This document shows, piece by piece, positions 9,561 through 21,300 of a DNA stretch of 37,264 nucleotides. Each line of letters starts with the position of its first letter. Positions within the stretch are counted from its first letter, which is position 1. The stretch comes from Octopus bimaculoides (lineage: Eukaryota). The notes under the pieces were generated by a model. That model had not been told where the DNA came from and searched no databases. It saw only the letters and a program-made list of their open reading frames with translations. The position numbers and the translations under genes were made by a program. The stretch is from the NCBI RefSeq assembly GCF_001194135.2, contig NC_068987.1, positions 77,429,661 through 77,466,924 of the forward strand, read 5' to 3'.

Positions 9561-10627
9561 TATACATATACATATATATATACGCATATACATATATATA
9601 TATACATTATATATACATACATATATATATACATATACATACATACATATACATATATACATATATATACATATATATATATACATTATATATACATACA
9701 TATATATNNNNNNNNNNNNNNNNNNNNNNNNNNNNNNNNNNNNNNNNNNNNNNNNNNNNNNNNNNNNNNNNNNNNNNNNNNNNNNNNNNNNNNNNNNNNN
9801 NNNNNNNNNNNNNNNNNNNNNNNNNNNNNNNNNNNNNNNNNNNNNNNNNNNNNNNNNNNNNNNNNNNNNNNTATATATAAATGAAAGCTACTAAATATTT
9901 GAATAAATTGTTTCTACTTATATTTTTATCAACGATTTTGAATAGTTTACACATGAATAAATCCTCGAGTTCGTAATTAATTTTTTTTTTCTTGCTGTAA
10001 ATCCAAAAACCAAATTTTTCCACGCTATGAATTGTTAATTTAGTACATGCGGACGATAAGATGACGACTATAGAATAGAAGAAAGAAGATAAATAATTCC
10101 AGTTTGTTTGGTTTTATTTTACAATCTACGTCGACCTAATCCGAAGTAGACCAGGCGTTAAAGATTGATATGTTACGTCTACGTTTAATGTCAAAACAGA
10201 TTTATCTTCCATATCTACAATATTACATAAGAGATAAGGAAAATAATACCTTAATATAACTCTAGTCTGCGTGAATAAATAATAGCTTCTTACATTAGCA
10301 AATTTATTGAGTAATAAATATAATCGATGGAATCGGTTACTAACATATTACTGGTACATTATTTGCATTTCCTACAGAGAGTAGAAAGACAAGGGCGTTC
10401 ATACTGGAGTATTTTAAAGTCGAAACTCAATGCGTCTAAATTAAATATTATAATTTAATGCATTAAGTTCGCTGCTTATCAGAGTAATCTAGACAATCAA
10501 TGCCTTGATATTTAAATATAGGATAAGTCTGCCGCCTCACTGGTCAGTCGGCGTGCTTTGATAAAGGCGTAATAAAAGCATATACGCTACAACTCTCTTC
10601 TAACTGATTCTATCCCTGCCATGATTC

Positions 10628-10680
<53 letters not shown>

Positions 10681-10705
10681 CAACAACAACAACAATAATA
10701 ATAAT

Positions 10706-11000
10706 AAAGGATCGGAAAATAAATGTAACTCGAATGCTGGGAGCCTAAAAGCAGAAAGAATTCCTATAATAGTAGGCGCTATGATAAAACACATTCAGAC
10801 AAATACGTAACAGAAACACCAGGACTAACAAATATATACAACATACAGAAAATACCACTACTAGGCACTGCATACATCCTACGTCAAGCACTTTCAATAC
10901 TGTAAAAGTAAGAGCACCACAATAAACTACAGCACATACCCAAGGCACACAGATCTGCGCTCGGTAGCACAGTGAAAGCATGTGATAAAAATAAGACTAT
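10706..11000 (+). mobile_element. 5'-truncated 3' end of an R4/Dong-type (restriction-like endonuclease) LINE
   Basis: Translates to ..KAERIPIIVGA..HSDKYVTETPGLTNIYNIQKIPLLGTAYILRQALSIL*, the IPIIVGALG...IQKxxLLGTAxILRxxL C-terminus of RLE-bearing LINEs. Preceded by (AAT)n. Confidence 0.85.
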
Positions 11001-11001
11001 T

Positions 11002-11053
11002 GAAGAAGAAGAAGAAGAAGAAGAAGAAGAAGAAGAAGAAGAAGAAGAAGAAG

Positions 11054-11085
<32 letters not shown>

Positions 11086-11284
11086 CAACGAGAAAAAAAA
11101 GAACAACAAGAACGAGAAGAAGAAGAAGAAGAAGAAGAAGAAGAAGAAGAAGAAGAAGAAGAAGAAGAACGAGAAGAAGAAGAAGAAGAAGAAGAAGAAC
11201 GAGAAGAAGAAGAAGAAGAAGAAGAAGAAGAAGAACGAGAAGAAGAAGAACGAGAAGAAGAAGAAGAAGAAGAAGAAGAAGAAG
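11002..11284. repeat. (GAA)n microsatellite with AAC interruptions
   Basis: Seen directly; it produces the poly-E/K/F/L ORFs. Confidence 0.95.
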
Positions 11285-11820
11285 CGTCCTGGTGCGTACC
11301 AAGCAGTGGCTCTCATGGCTTCTGATCTTAACTGATTGGAAGTGTTATCATGTACGTTGTTTTGTCTTGGTATAAAAGATGGGCTACAGCAAATATTCTG
11401 CTTAATATTACAGATTTGCTTGTCAGTTGTTTGACCTTAACCAGTTGAGCATGTCCCTTGGTGGCTGACGATATGTGCATCTCTGATCACGTGCAGAAGT
11501 AGTGGGGAGCACCATAGCCATGAGTTGAGAGGGATTCTTTGGGGTTTGGATAATTCACATTTGGAAATATGGGTCTTTTATTCAACATCCTTAAACAACC
11601 CTTATTCAGCGATGAGTTCCTCAACCTGAAGAAAATTCTAACTGGGCCCCACATGCAAGGTCATGCGCTGTTTATCTTGATATGAAATCACTAAGTCGCA
11701 CACATATGGTTGTGATGCATGTTCCTGGTGTACCCTTAACAGACGGGTAGTCATGATGGGTATAATGGGCTTCGTATAGTTTACCCCAGTGTCACTTTGA
11801 TGGCATGCACTGCTCTCTCA
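11285..11820 (+). mobile_element. Unclassified ~550-bp interspersed element, copy 1
   Basis: Starts GTACCAAGCAGTGGCTCTCATGGCTTCTGATC and ends CAGTGTCACTTTGATGGCATGCACTGCTCTCTCA+(AAT)n. Homologous to 22783-23327, 27367-27682 and 31457-31999. Strand is arbitrary. Confidence 0.85.
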
Positions 11821-11834
11821 ATGATAATAATAAT

Positions 11835-12050
11835 AATCGCTTCTACTATAGTCACAAGGCCTGAAATTTGAGGGGAGGGAAGTAGCCGATTATTACGATC
11901 CCAGTGCTTGATGGTACTTAATTTATCGACCCCGAAAGGATGAAAGGCTAAGTCGACCTCAGCGGAATTTGAACTCAGAACGTGAAGACGGACGAAATGC
12001 CGCTGAACATTTTGCCCTGCGTGGTCATGACTGTGCCAGCTCGCCGCCTT
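11835..12050 (-). mobile_element. Family-4 SINE
   Basis: Ends GCCAGCTCGCCGCCTT (reverse complement of the head) and contains GGAATTTGAACTC (reverse complement of the B box). Confidence 0.9.
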
Positions 12051-12064
12051 AATAATAAAAACAA

Positions 12065-12700
12065 CGGTTTCAAATTTTACCACAAGGACAGTAATTTGGG
12101 GAGAGGGGATGAGTGGACTACATCGACCCCGAAAAGATGCAAGGCAAAGTTGACCTCTACAGAAATTGATCTCAGAACAGAAGGCGGTGAGCTGGCAGAA
12201 TCGTTAGCACGCTTGGCGAAATGGTTAGCGACATTTCGTCTGCCGTTACTTTCTGAGTTCAAATTCCGCCGAGGTCGACTTTGCCTTTCATCCCTTTCGG
12301 TGTTGATAAATTAAGTACCAGTTACGCACCTGGGTCGATGTAATCGACTTAATCCCTTTGTCNNNNNNNNNNACCTCTACAGAAATTGATCTCAGAACAG
12401 AAGGCGGTGAGCTGGCAGAATCGTTAGCACGCTTGGCGAAATGGTTAGCGACATTTCGTCTGCCGTTACTTTCTGAGTTCAAATTCCGCCGAGGTCGACT
12501 TTGCCTTTCATCCCTTTCGGTGTTGATAAATTAAGTACCAGTTACGCACCTGGGTCGATGTAATCGACTTAATCCCTTTGTCTGTTCTTTTTTTGTCCCC
12601 TCTATGTTTAACCCCTTGTGGGCAATAAAGAAATAAGAAGACGGGCGAAACACCGCTAAACATTTCGCCCGGAGTACTATGGATTCTGCCAGTTCACCTT
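12065..12700 (-). mobile_element. Family-4 SINE split by a nested plus-strand copy
   Basis: Body at 12065-12182 and the remaining head at 12636-12700 (GACGGGCGAAACACCGCTAAACATTTCG...GATTCTGCCAGTTCACCTT). AGAAG is repeated at both junctions. Confidence 0.75.
12181..12638 (+). mobile_element. Young family-4 SINE, represented twice across a 10-N gap
   Basis: Near-consensus AAGGCGGTGAGCTGGCAGAATCG...GAGTTCAAATTCC. 12153-12362 is repeated at 12373-12582. Confidence 0.9.
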
Positions 12701-12779
12701 TTTCTTCTTCTTGATGATGATGATGATGCTAATGAAATTGACCGAACATGAATGAATAGTGCCCTGCGGGTAGTGGACA

Positions 12780-12960
12780 CATTAGACCGCGGGGAAAAAT
12801 AGCTTGTGTCACTTAGTTACGGATATTCATATTCTGGGTTCAAATCCAGTCGAGAACAATATTTCCTTTCGTTCTTTCGGGGATGGGATGAAAAAGAAAT
12901 ACAATTTCTAGTACTAGGATCGTATAATCGACTATATTCTTCGAAATCATACGATTTTGC
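12780..12960 (+). mobile_element. Old degenerate SINE copy
   Basis: GGGTTCAAATCC B box followed by TTTCGTTCTTTCGGGG and GTATAATCGAC, as in family 4. Confidence 0.55.
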
Positions 12961-13009
12961 TTTTGATATTTTAAAGCCTTATTACGTTACAATGCGTGAG
13001 TAAAACAAA

Positions 13010-13330
13010 TTCACAGACTCCCTGCAGGACTCGGCTACATCAGGTTTATACATGGTGGAGCAATTCATACAGAACATTGTTATATCATCAGTGACGATAT
13101 ATGATATGTGTGTAACAATATATCACAGTACTAAATATAACTGTATAACAATGAGCAATATAACAAGAGTTGGTTATCTTTTTATAACCGTTCGTACAAT
13201 AACAATCCAGTGTTCCAACGCAGAATTAGTAACGAGACCATCGCTCTCACAGTTCCACCTCAACTGTCTGCTGGTTCATCTATTTATAAGGCTTGTCCAG
13301 TCCACTGGCAGTCACATGCGGCGGGGTGTC
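13010..13330 (-). promoter_or_regulatory. Candidate Pol II core promoter / first exon
   Basis: On minus: TATAAATA (13288-13281), an initiator-like CAGTT about 23 nt downstream, then CCACCATG (ATG at 13053) opening MYKPDVAESCRES before a possible GTGAAT donor. Motifs only; no homology recognised. Confidence 0.3.
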
Positions 13331-13429
13331 AGTTCACTCCACAACAAACATATTTATTCTGTACCATGGAAAGTCGTTTATCTCACTCTTTCCCTCTTTC
13401 TCTCTTCTGTCTCTCTTCTCTCTCTCTCT

Positions 13430-13445
13430 TTGTCTATCTACCTAT

Positions 13446-13490
<45 letters not shown>

Positions 13491-13614
13491 ATCTATCTGT
13501 CTATCTATATTTCTATTTATTTGTCTATCTATCTCTATCTCCCTTTTTCCCTCATTCCTACTCTGTCTCTAACTCTCCTTCCTTCCATATCTCTCTCTTT
13601 CTGTCTGTCTGTCC

Positions 13615-13693
<79 letters not shown>
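13430..13693. repeat. (TCTA)n and (CT)n microsatellites
   Basis: Seen directly. Confidence 0.95.
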
Positions 13694-13696
<3 letters not shown>

Positions 13697-14281
13697 CTAA
13701 AGGTTGTGATTAATACATTTCCTCTTTGGAAGCTAACTTATTATCCATTTGAACAAAACATTTTTTATACTTCATATACTCACAGTTTTCAATAAGCCCC
13801 ATCGATTGTCCTTATAAACTCCTCAAAGGCATTTTATTTATATCTTAATCAGAAGAGGAAAGACAATGTACATGATCACTTTCAGAAAAATCTGTGCTTC
13901 TAGAAAGTCGTCCCCAAACTAGGGTGTACATCCATTTGCTTGAAACAGAATGGAAATCCACGCTAAAGGAACCAAATAGCTAGTTGATGATGGTAAACAA
14001 AGAGGCAGATTAGATCTAGTTTGGGCAAAGCTAAAAACATAAAGACTAGATAAACCCTTTGTGGTATTAACCCGGGTGTAGTAGAAATATAAAATTGAAA
14101 GACATTCGCAATGGAATTTAACAAAGTAAAGCAATAAACTGAACAAAGTATGGCAAAGTGAAAATATATCATGCTCTTATCTACGATTCTAAGAGGCATT
14201 AAGTGGTTCCAACGAAATAAAACGAATATATTCAAATGAATATGCATTAATCGTTCTTTCTCCCGATTTATATATTATATG

Positions 14282-14313
<32 letters not shown>

Positions 14314-14584
14314 TNNNNNNNNNNNNNNNNNNNNNNNNNNNNNNNNNNNNNNNNNNNNNNNNNNNNNNNNNNNNNNNNNNNNNNNNNNNNNNNNNNNNNN
14401 NNNNNNNNNNNNNNNNNNNNNNNNNNNNNNNNNNNNNNNNNNNNNNNNNNNNNNNNNNNNNNNNNNNNNNNNNNNNNNNNNNNNNNNNNNNNNNNNNNNN
14501 NNNNNNNNNNNNNNNNNNNNNNNNNNNNNNNNNNNNNNNNNNNNNNNNNNNNNNNNNNNNNNNNNNNNNNNNNNNNNNNNNNNN

Positions 14585-14619
<35 letters not shown>

Positions 14620-15321
14620 CATTCCTACGCATTGTATGTGTATGTATTTTCACATGTATGTGTATACATATATAAACACGTATACCCATATGTACATACA
14701 TGTCTGTGTGTATATGTGAGTATGTATGTTAAAGGAACATACGTACACATAAAGTGTTACGCATGCACACATGAATACACATATTCAGACACACACACAC
14801 ACACATGCACATACAGACACATAAACACGCACATCGCATACACATGCCACATTACAATCCCGGACGAGGCTCTATATTTGATAGAAGTCCAATGTTGTAC
14901 GGTTAGCTGGTCAGACGAATGAATTAAACAGTTTCTCCTCTCTCTCCGGGGATTTTGACATTTTTCAATGGAGATTTGCAGAATAAAAATAAAATACAAA
15001 ATGTCATCGATGAGTTTTATTAGATAAAATATAATGGCGGAATATAATGAAACGAAAAGCTAGTGAATCGCTGTGTGAAGGAATGCGTTTACAAAGAGAT
15101 ATGACAGGAAATTATCAAAGCAAAGTATGGATGCTCAACTTTGATAAAATGTTATTTTAATTTCTACGGTTGCTCTTCTCGCTTGTAGAGCCGTAACGAA
15201 CTACTTGGTAAAGGTTTTGACTTTTTTTTGCTAAACATTTGTTTATCTGAATCACTGACGCTGCTCTGGGTCCCTGAAGAAGGCACTGAACTATCCCTTG
15301 TAGTTTGTTTAACTGAGATGA

Positions 15322-15384
<63 letters not shown>

Positions 15385-15588
15385 TTTTGATGAGCTGTCT
15401 TTTGTAAAATGTTGCTACTTGTTATATCGTTCTCGAATGGATGAAAGACAACTTTGAACCCATCTCTCTGTGGCATTTTAATTTAGAACATAAAATCCAA
15501 ATAGTGAACCATAGCCTTGTATTTTTTTAATGACTAAAAGGAGGAAAGCCAACGCCCAAAATCCTTTTAAGGGATTTTTACCTTTCAC

Positions 15589-16067
15589 CTTTTACTTGCT
15601 TCAGTCATTGGACTGCGGCCATGCTGGGGTACTGCCCTGAAGAGTTATAGCCGAATAACTTCACGCCGTATGTTTTTTTCTTTTTTAAGTTTGGTACTTA
15701 TTCTATCGTCCTCTTTTGTCAAACCGCATGGTTACAGATACGCAAACGAAACAACATCTGTTGTCAAGCGGTAGTGATGGACAAACACTATTACAAAGAT
15801 GCATACACATACACACAAGCACACATACACACATGTACACACACACGTACACACACATACTCTCACATACATATATACATATATATATATATTTATACAT
15901 GAGGGGCTTCTACACAGTTTCCGCCTATCAAATTCATTCACAAGTTATTGATCAGCCCGGGGAAATAGGAGAAAACACTTGCACAAAGTGTCGTGCAGTG
16001 GGACTGAAACCAAAACCACGTGGTTGCAAAGCGACTTTCTTAACCACATCAGCCATGCCTGCGCCTG
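15589..16067 (-). mobile_element. CORE-type SINE with expanded internal CA/TA repeat
   Basis: Same layout as 1982-2380: CTTTTACTTG..CAGTCATTGGACTGCGGCCATGCTGG...ACACTTGC...GGGACTGAAACC...CAGCCATGCCTG. Confidence 0.85.
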
Positions 16068-16416
16068 AAATGTGTGGGAGGAAATTATCTCCTGACCATA
16101 AACTTCGCACGTATATTGGTCAGATTAATCAGGGCTTCGGATTAACTCTACCACGTAATTTAGTCTATTATAAAACAAAATTGTTAGGCGTATCTCGTTC
16201 TACTGTAATTTCTATTGACAAAAATTAAATCCGATCTATTCTAGTCACGACTGGTTGAGACTGATCAGATCTTAATTGATCTATCTTAATTTCTTTTTTC
16301 TTTCGTTTTTTTTTTGTTTTTTTTTTTGTTTTTATCCTCTGTTTAATCTTGTCGGAATCTCACTGTTATGTTCATGTATAGCTTGATCTAATCATTAAAA
16401 AGGCATAAAGTATGTA

Positions 16417-16725
16417 TTTTACTTGTTTCAGTCATTGGACTGCGGCCATGCTGGGGCACTGCTTCGTAGGGTTTAGTCGAATCAATCGACCCCAAAACTT
16501 ATATTTAAGTCTGGTAGTTATTCTATCGGTCTCCTTTTTACCGAAACACCATGTTACGGAAACTTAAACAACCAGCACTCGTTGTCAAGTGGTGGTATAT
16601 ACGTGACGGGCTTCCACACAGTTTCCATCATCAGGATTTCTTCAGAAAGAGTTGATCAACTCGGAACTATAATGGAAGACATGGTTGCAAAGCGAGCTTC
16701 TTAACCACAAAGCCAGGCATGCGTC
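16417..16725 (-). mobile_element. CORE-type SINE, internally deleted
   Basis: TTTTACTTGTTTCAGTCATTGGACTGCGGCCATGCTGGGGCAC...GACGGGCTTCCACACAGTTTCC...GCTTCTTAACCAC. Confidence 0.85.
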
Positions 16726-16899
16726 TAAATAAGATTCTACCGTCTTTAGTAATGATAAAGTTTGCAGTAATGAATAACCAGTGGATAAGTATTTGAATAT
16801 AAGCTCACAAATCTTGATTCAGTCCATTTCTGATAGGTTTTCTTTATATATATATATATATATATATGTCAATGAAATACATTTAATTCCATAAGGATC

Positions 16900-18745
16900 A
16901 GTTCACCTAGATGTCCCATATATTCTATTGGTTTGATCTAAGTTGATCTTCTCTGATATAGCCTGGTCTTTAATAAGTTTATATGTTGATTGATCTTGCT
17001 CAGATACTCGTGTTCTCTTCTATGTTGCATCTGAACTAATCTGGTTTGTTCAAGTTTGCTCAAGTTATGTACTATCTTATCTAAACTTGTTGAATTTGAT
17101 TTAGTCTGGTTCAGCTTGTCTTTTAAGATTTCACTGACCTTATCCAATTTTCTCTTGTTTTCGCTGGTCTTGTTTTGTTTCTTCCAATCTGACCTTTGTC
17201 TGTGTTTGTTTTGTTTGATTTAGGACAGTCAAGTTTAATTTAGTTCTGTTTAGCTGAGTGAAGTAAATTTTGGTTTAGTGGGCAGCCTTCGACTTTTTCT
17301 ATTCAAAGGGATTTTTAAACCAATATTTGCATGCTATTATTTATAGCTTTAGCTGCTTCGGGATACACCTTTCGGGGGGAAAAAGCATTATTAATCTAGC
17401 CTGATTTGTATCAGTTTATGACTGATATTATCATCTTACGTCTTATTTTCAATGATCTTCACTACTTTATTTCTTTGTCCTACATTCTAGTCTAGTTTCA
17501 TGTGCAGTCTTATATGATTCTAATCTGACAGTCTGATTTGGCTTGTTCAGCACCAATTCCAACGCAAACAGTAGGAAGCTTACTACTAATAATCATGTAA
17601 TTCAATGCCATGTGTTCATGTTCGAGAAATTGGGGACTAAACAGACCCATTTACTGAACTTGCCCGGTAAAGAGTGCGTGTGAGCAGCCAACAAGATTAA
17701 AAAGCAAAACCTGTCAAAAGCGGATGAGTCTTTGAGAGCCAACGAAACCCATATCCTGCGGAGGAGGTGGGCACCGCTAGATTTCTGAGCTTAATGAAAC
17801 ACTTGAATGGAAAGTACAGCAATATCTAACTCCATACCGGACTGGTCGAGACCCCAAAACTAAGAAATGGTGTAAAAAATCGATTTTGTAATGTATGTGT
17901 CCTAGCGACTGAAATGCATAAAGAACAAATTGCTTTGGATTTTGAGTAATGGTGTCTATACAGTTTGATCTAATAATAACCAGTTCTAATTCAGCCTGCC
18001 CTGGTATAGTTGTATCTGATTTAGACTAGACTGGTTCTAGTTTGGGTTGATTATAACGAATTGATGTGATCCAGTCTCAGTTTCATTTTCTTTTTACTGG
18101 GTTTTTTTCATTCATTTCTTTGTCTCGATAGATTTAGTGTGAACCGATCTAGTTTAGCTCGGTTTAAGTCAGTTGTAATTTTGTCTTGAAATATAGAAAT
18201 ATTTACCTGAATTTTGGTGGTCAGGGCTGGGAAGAGAATCTAATTTTCGTTCTGGTCTTAGATGATTTCGTTTGCAGTGGTCACAGTTGGTTTAACCTAA
18301 TCTAGTCGAAATTGATTTTGGCCTTCTCTGATTTTATCTGTGATGGTCAAAACTGATTTAATCTAATCTTGTCCTGATTTTTTTTTTATTCGAATCTGAT
18401 TTGATACCAGTTAGAGCTGGTTTAATGTAATCTAGACAAACACAACTGGCTTAATCTAATCTCGTCTAAATTGTTTTTGGTCTTCTCTGATTTGATCTGC
18501 GGTGGTCAAAGCTGTTTTAATCTAATCTAGACTATTTTTTGTTTTATCTGATTTGATCTACGGTGGCCAGAGCTGGTTTAATCTAATCTAGGCGAATTTG
18601 TTTTTCGGTTTTATCTGATTTGATCTGCTATAATCTGATCTGAAATTTCTGAGGTATGAACAACATTTCTGTTAGTTTTGACAGTCCGGTCTACTCTAAT
18701 CTCGTTTGGTCTAATCTAGTTTTAATTTGGTTTAATCTGGTCAGA
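16900..18745. repeat. Degenerate GATCT/AATCT-rich satellite-like domain
   Basis: Dense recurrence of TGATCT, AATCTA, TCTGATTTG and CTGGTT with roughly 5-bp periodicity, interrupted by a non-repetitive island at ~17550-17900. Confidence 0.6.
18216..18628. repeat. ~61-66-bp minisatellite, about 6 units
   Basis: Units resembling GGTGGTCAGAGCTGGTTTAATCTAATCTAG...TCTGATTTGATCTGC start at 18216, 18276, 18342, 18501 and 18562, with an irregular unit between 18400 and 18500. Confidence 0.8.
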
Positions 18746-18959
18746 AAAAGACAAAAAAAAAATACTGAAAAATGAAAACGAAAATATTAAATATCTTAAA
18801 ATTTCATATTTTATCTTTTTATTTCTATTATTATTTTTATTGATTTTTATTCTGGTATACTCTGATTCGTTATGATGATGACAACAAAGCAACAAAAACC
18901 GCCCCAATTATTCAAAACTATAGTTGAAGTTACGATTCTATCTCCGTTCCTTCGCTCTC

Positions 18960-19061
<102 letters not shown>

Positions 19062-19801
19062 ATTCACTCTAAATCCGATTCTCTTTTCGTGACAAGATTT
19101 TGTTTGCTATTATTGAATTTCTGCGAATCACACTCTAAATACAAGAATGTTTTATATTTCGTCTTCTTTTGTTTCGTCTTAATTTTATTTTATTTCGTTT
19201 TCTTCTTCTATGTGCCTTCAGTTAAAAACTCCACTCAAACATTCTCCTCTTCTCTTCTTCCAACAAAGCGTCCGCCCTTCATTTCGCTACGTTGCACTCC
19301 GCTAATTCCGCTGGTTTCTGGTAGATTTATTCATTTACTACTTTTATTCTAAATTTCATTTCAACATATTATTATATTTTATCTTATACCTTTATTTCAT
19401 TTCATTTCCTTACTCTTCCCACTTTTATTTAGTTATTTAACAACTTTTTCAAGCCTCCCGCTTCATGCTTCTATCTAGCCACTTTCGTACCTTCATCCGA
19501 CGCTCTCTTTACAATATACGTATTCACTGTCATTCTAATTCTCTCCCTCCCTTTCTTTCTTCCCATCTTTTAATCTTTCTTTCTTCCTGTCTCTTTCCTC
19601 CTTGCTGTTCTCTTATTTCGGCCTTTCACAGCATCCTTCTTTCTCTTCTTCTTTCTCTCTGTAAATCATTTCGTCCTGGTCGCTTTCTTCCACTTGTTGA
19701 TTTGCTGACTTCTATTTATCTATTCTTCACAATTCTTTCCTTCCTCCTTTCATCCTTTTCCTTATTCATTCTTTCTTTATCTTTTTTTCATTCGATATCT
19801 C

Positions 19802-21300
19802 CTATCTCATATACCATACCATATCTGTATCATTTTCGTTATCGCCATCGTAATCACTGCTATCGTTGTGATCAGGATCATTATCCAAAATATCAACGTC
19901 GTTTTCATCGTTATTATCATCGTCATTAAAGTCGTTGTCGTCAAAGGCGTCCAAGTCGTCAAAGGCGTCCAAGTCGTCAAAGGCGTCGGTGTCTTCATCA
20001 ACTGCTTCGTCGTCGCTGTCATCTTCGACATCACCATCACCACCATTACGACTGTAATGGTTACCATCGTCAAAGCAGTTGCAAATATCGTAGCAGCTGT
20101 CGTCATCATCGTCANNNNNNNNNNNNNNNNNNNNNNNNNNNNNNNNNNNNNNNNNNNNNNNNNNNNNNNNNNNNNNNNNNNNNNNNNNNNNNNNNNNNNN
20201 NNNNNNNNNNNNNNNNNNNNNNNNNNNNNNNNNNNNNNNNNNNNNNNNNNNNNNNNNNNNNNNNNNNNNNNNNNNNNNNNNNNNNNNNNNNNNNNNNNNN
20301 NNNNNNNNNNNNNNNNNNNNNNNNNNNNNNNNNNNNNNNNNNNNNNNNNNNNNNNNNNNNNNNNNNNNNNNNNNNNNNNNNNNNNNNNNNNNNNNNNNNN
20401 NNNNNNNNNNNNNNNNNNNNNNNNNNNNNNNNNNNNNNNNNNNNNNNNNNNNNNNNNNNNNNNNNNNNNNNNNNNNNNNNNNNNNNNNNNNNNNNNNNNN
20501 NNNNNNNNNNNNNNNNNNNNNNNNNNNNNNNNNNNNNNNNNNNNNNNNNNNNNNNNNNNNNNNNNNNNNNNNNNNNNNNNNNNNNNNNNNNNNNNNNNNN
20601 NNNNNNNNNNNNNNNNNNNNNNNNNNNNNNNNNNNNNNNNNNNNNNNNNNNNNNNNNNNNNNNNNNNNNNNNNNNNNNNNNNNNNNNNNNNGCCTATCGG
20701 TAAAAAAAACCACTACCACTAAAACCACCCACCCCCACCCCCTCCGTCACCATTACCATCACCACTGCCACCGCCAACACCGGCACCATCATTACCATTA
20801 TCATCTGCCAATGCTATCATGACTTTTTAAGAAAACTAAAAAGGGCCACCCACCATCGACGCCACCTTCATCATGCTTGATTTGTTAGGTCTGGAGGCGG
20901 AGTGGCGAATGAAGGAACTAAAACCTTTCTATCATTTTGCTTCCGTGCTGGCTTATTTCATATTCTGTGGATGTAAAATAAATAAATTAATTAACACAAC
21001 AACAACAACAACAACAACAATGACGATGACGATAATAATGATGTTAACAACAACAATGAAAATATTAACAATAAGAACAACATATCGACAACAACAACAA
21101 CAATAAGAATCGCACGAATAGGAATCAAAACAGCAATAATAATAATAATAACAAGGACCAGAGTAAACAATAATGACGTTGATAACAAAAATAACAATAA
21201 CAAAACAAAAAACGACAATTATAACAATAACGACAGTGTGTAGAAGGTAATAACAGCAACAACAAGAAAAACTAGAACACAACAAGGACGATGGTAATGA
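19802..21300. repeat. Compound trinucleotide low-complexity tract (ATC/GTC, ACC, AAC/AAT) spanning an N gap
   Basis: Seen directly; includes a short 18-bp tandem of GTCGTCAAAGGCGTCCAA near 19955-19990. Confidence 0.85.

Noticed and set aside
10927-11335. Poly-E/K/F/L ORFs
   Set aside because: All are translations of the (GAA)n tract.
12153-12582. Biological tandem duplication
   Set aside because: Identical sequence on both sides of a 10-N placeholder gap is best explained as an unmerged assembly overlap.
13052-13795. 247-aa plus-strand ORF
   Set aside because: The second half is TCTA/CT microsatellite, the first half resembles no family I recognise, and an open frame of that length can occur by chance.
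15270-15300. CCTGAAGAAGGC hammerhead half-core
   Set aside because: No downstream GAAA or stems.
16938-17147. Coiled-coil-looking 69-aa minus ORF
   Set aside because: Lies within the degenerate pentamer satellite; the Leu/Asn/Lys/Gln bias follows from the repeat composition.
17719-17778. Hammerhead ribozyme (CGGATGA...GAAAC)
   Set aside because: The core has G in place of U4, there is no NUH triplet after stem III, stem II is weak and there is no stem I.
18216-18628. CRISPR-like array
   Set aside because: Eukaryotic context, whole units are homologous with no unique spacers, and no cas genes are present.
19802-20728. 308-aa Asp-rich ORF and overlapping frames
   Set aside because: Mostly N gap plus ATC/GTC repeats; repeats without stop codons stay open in several frames.
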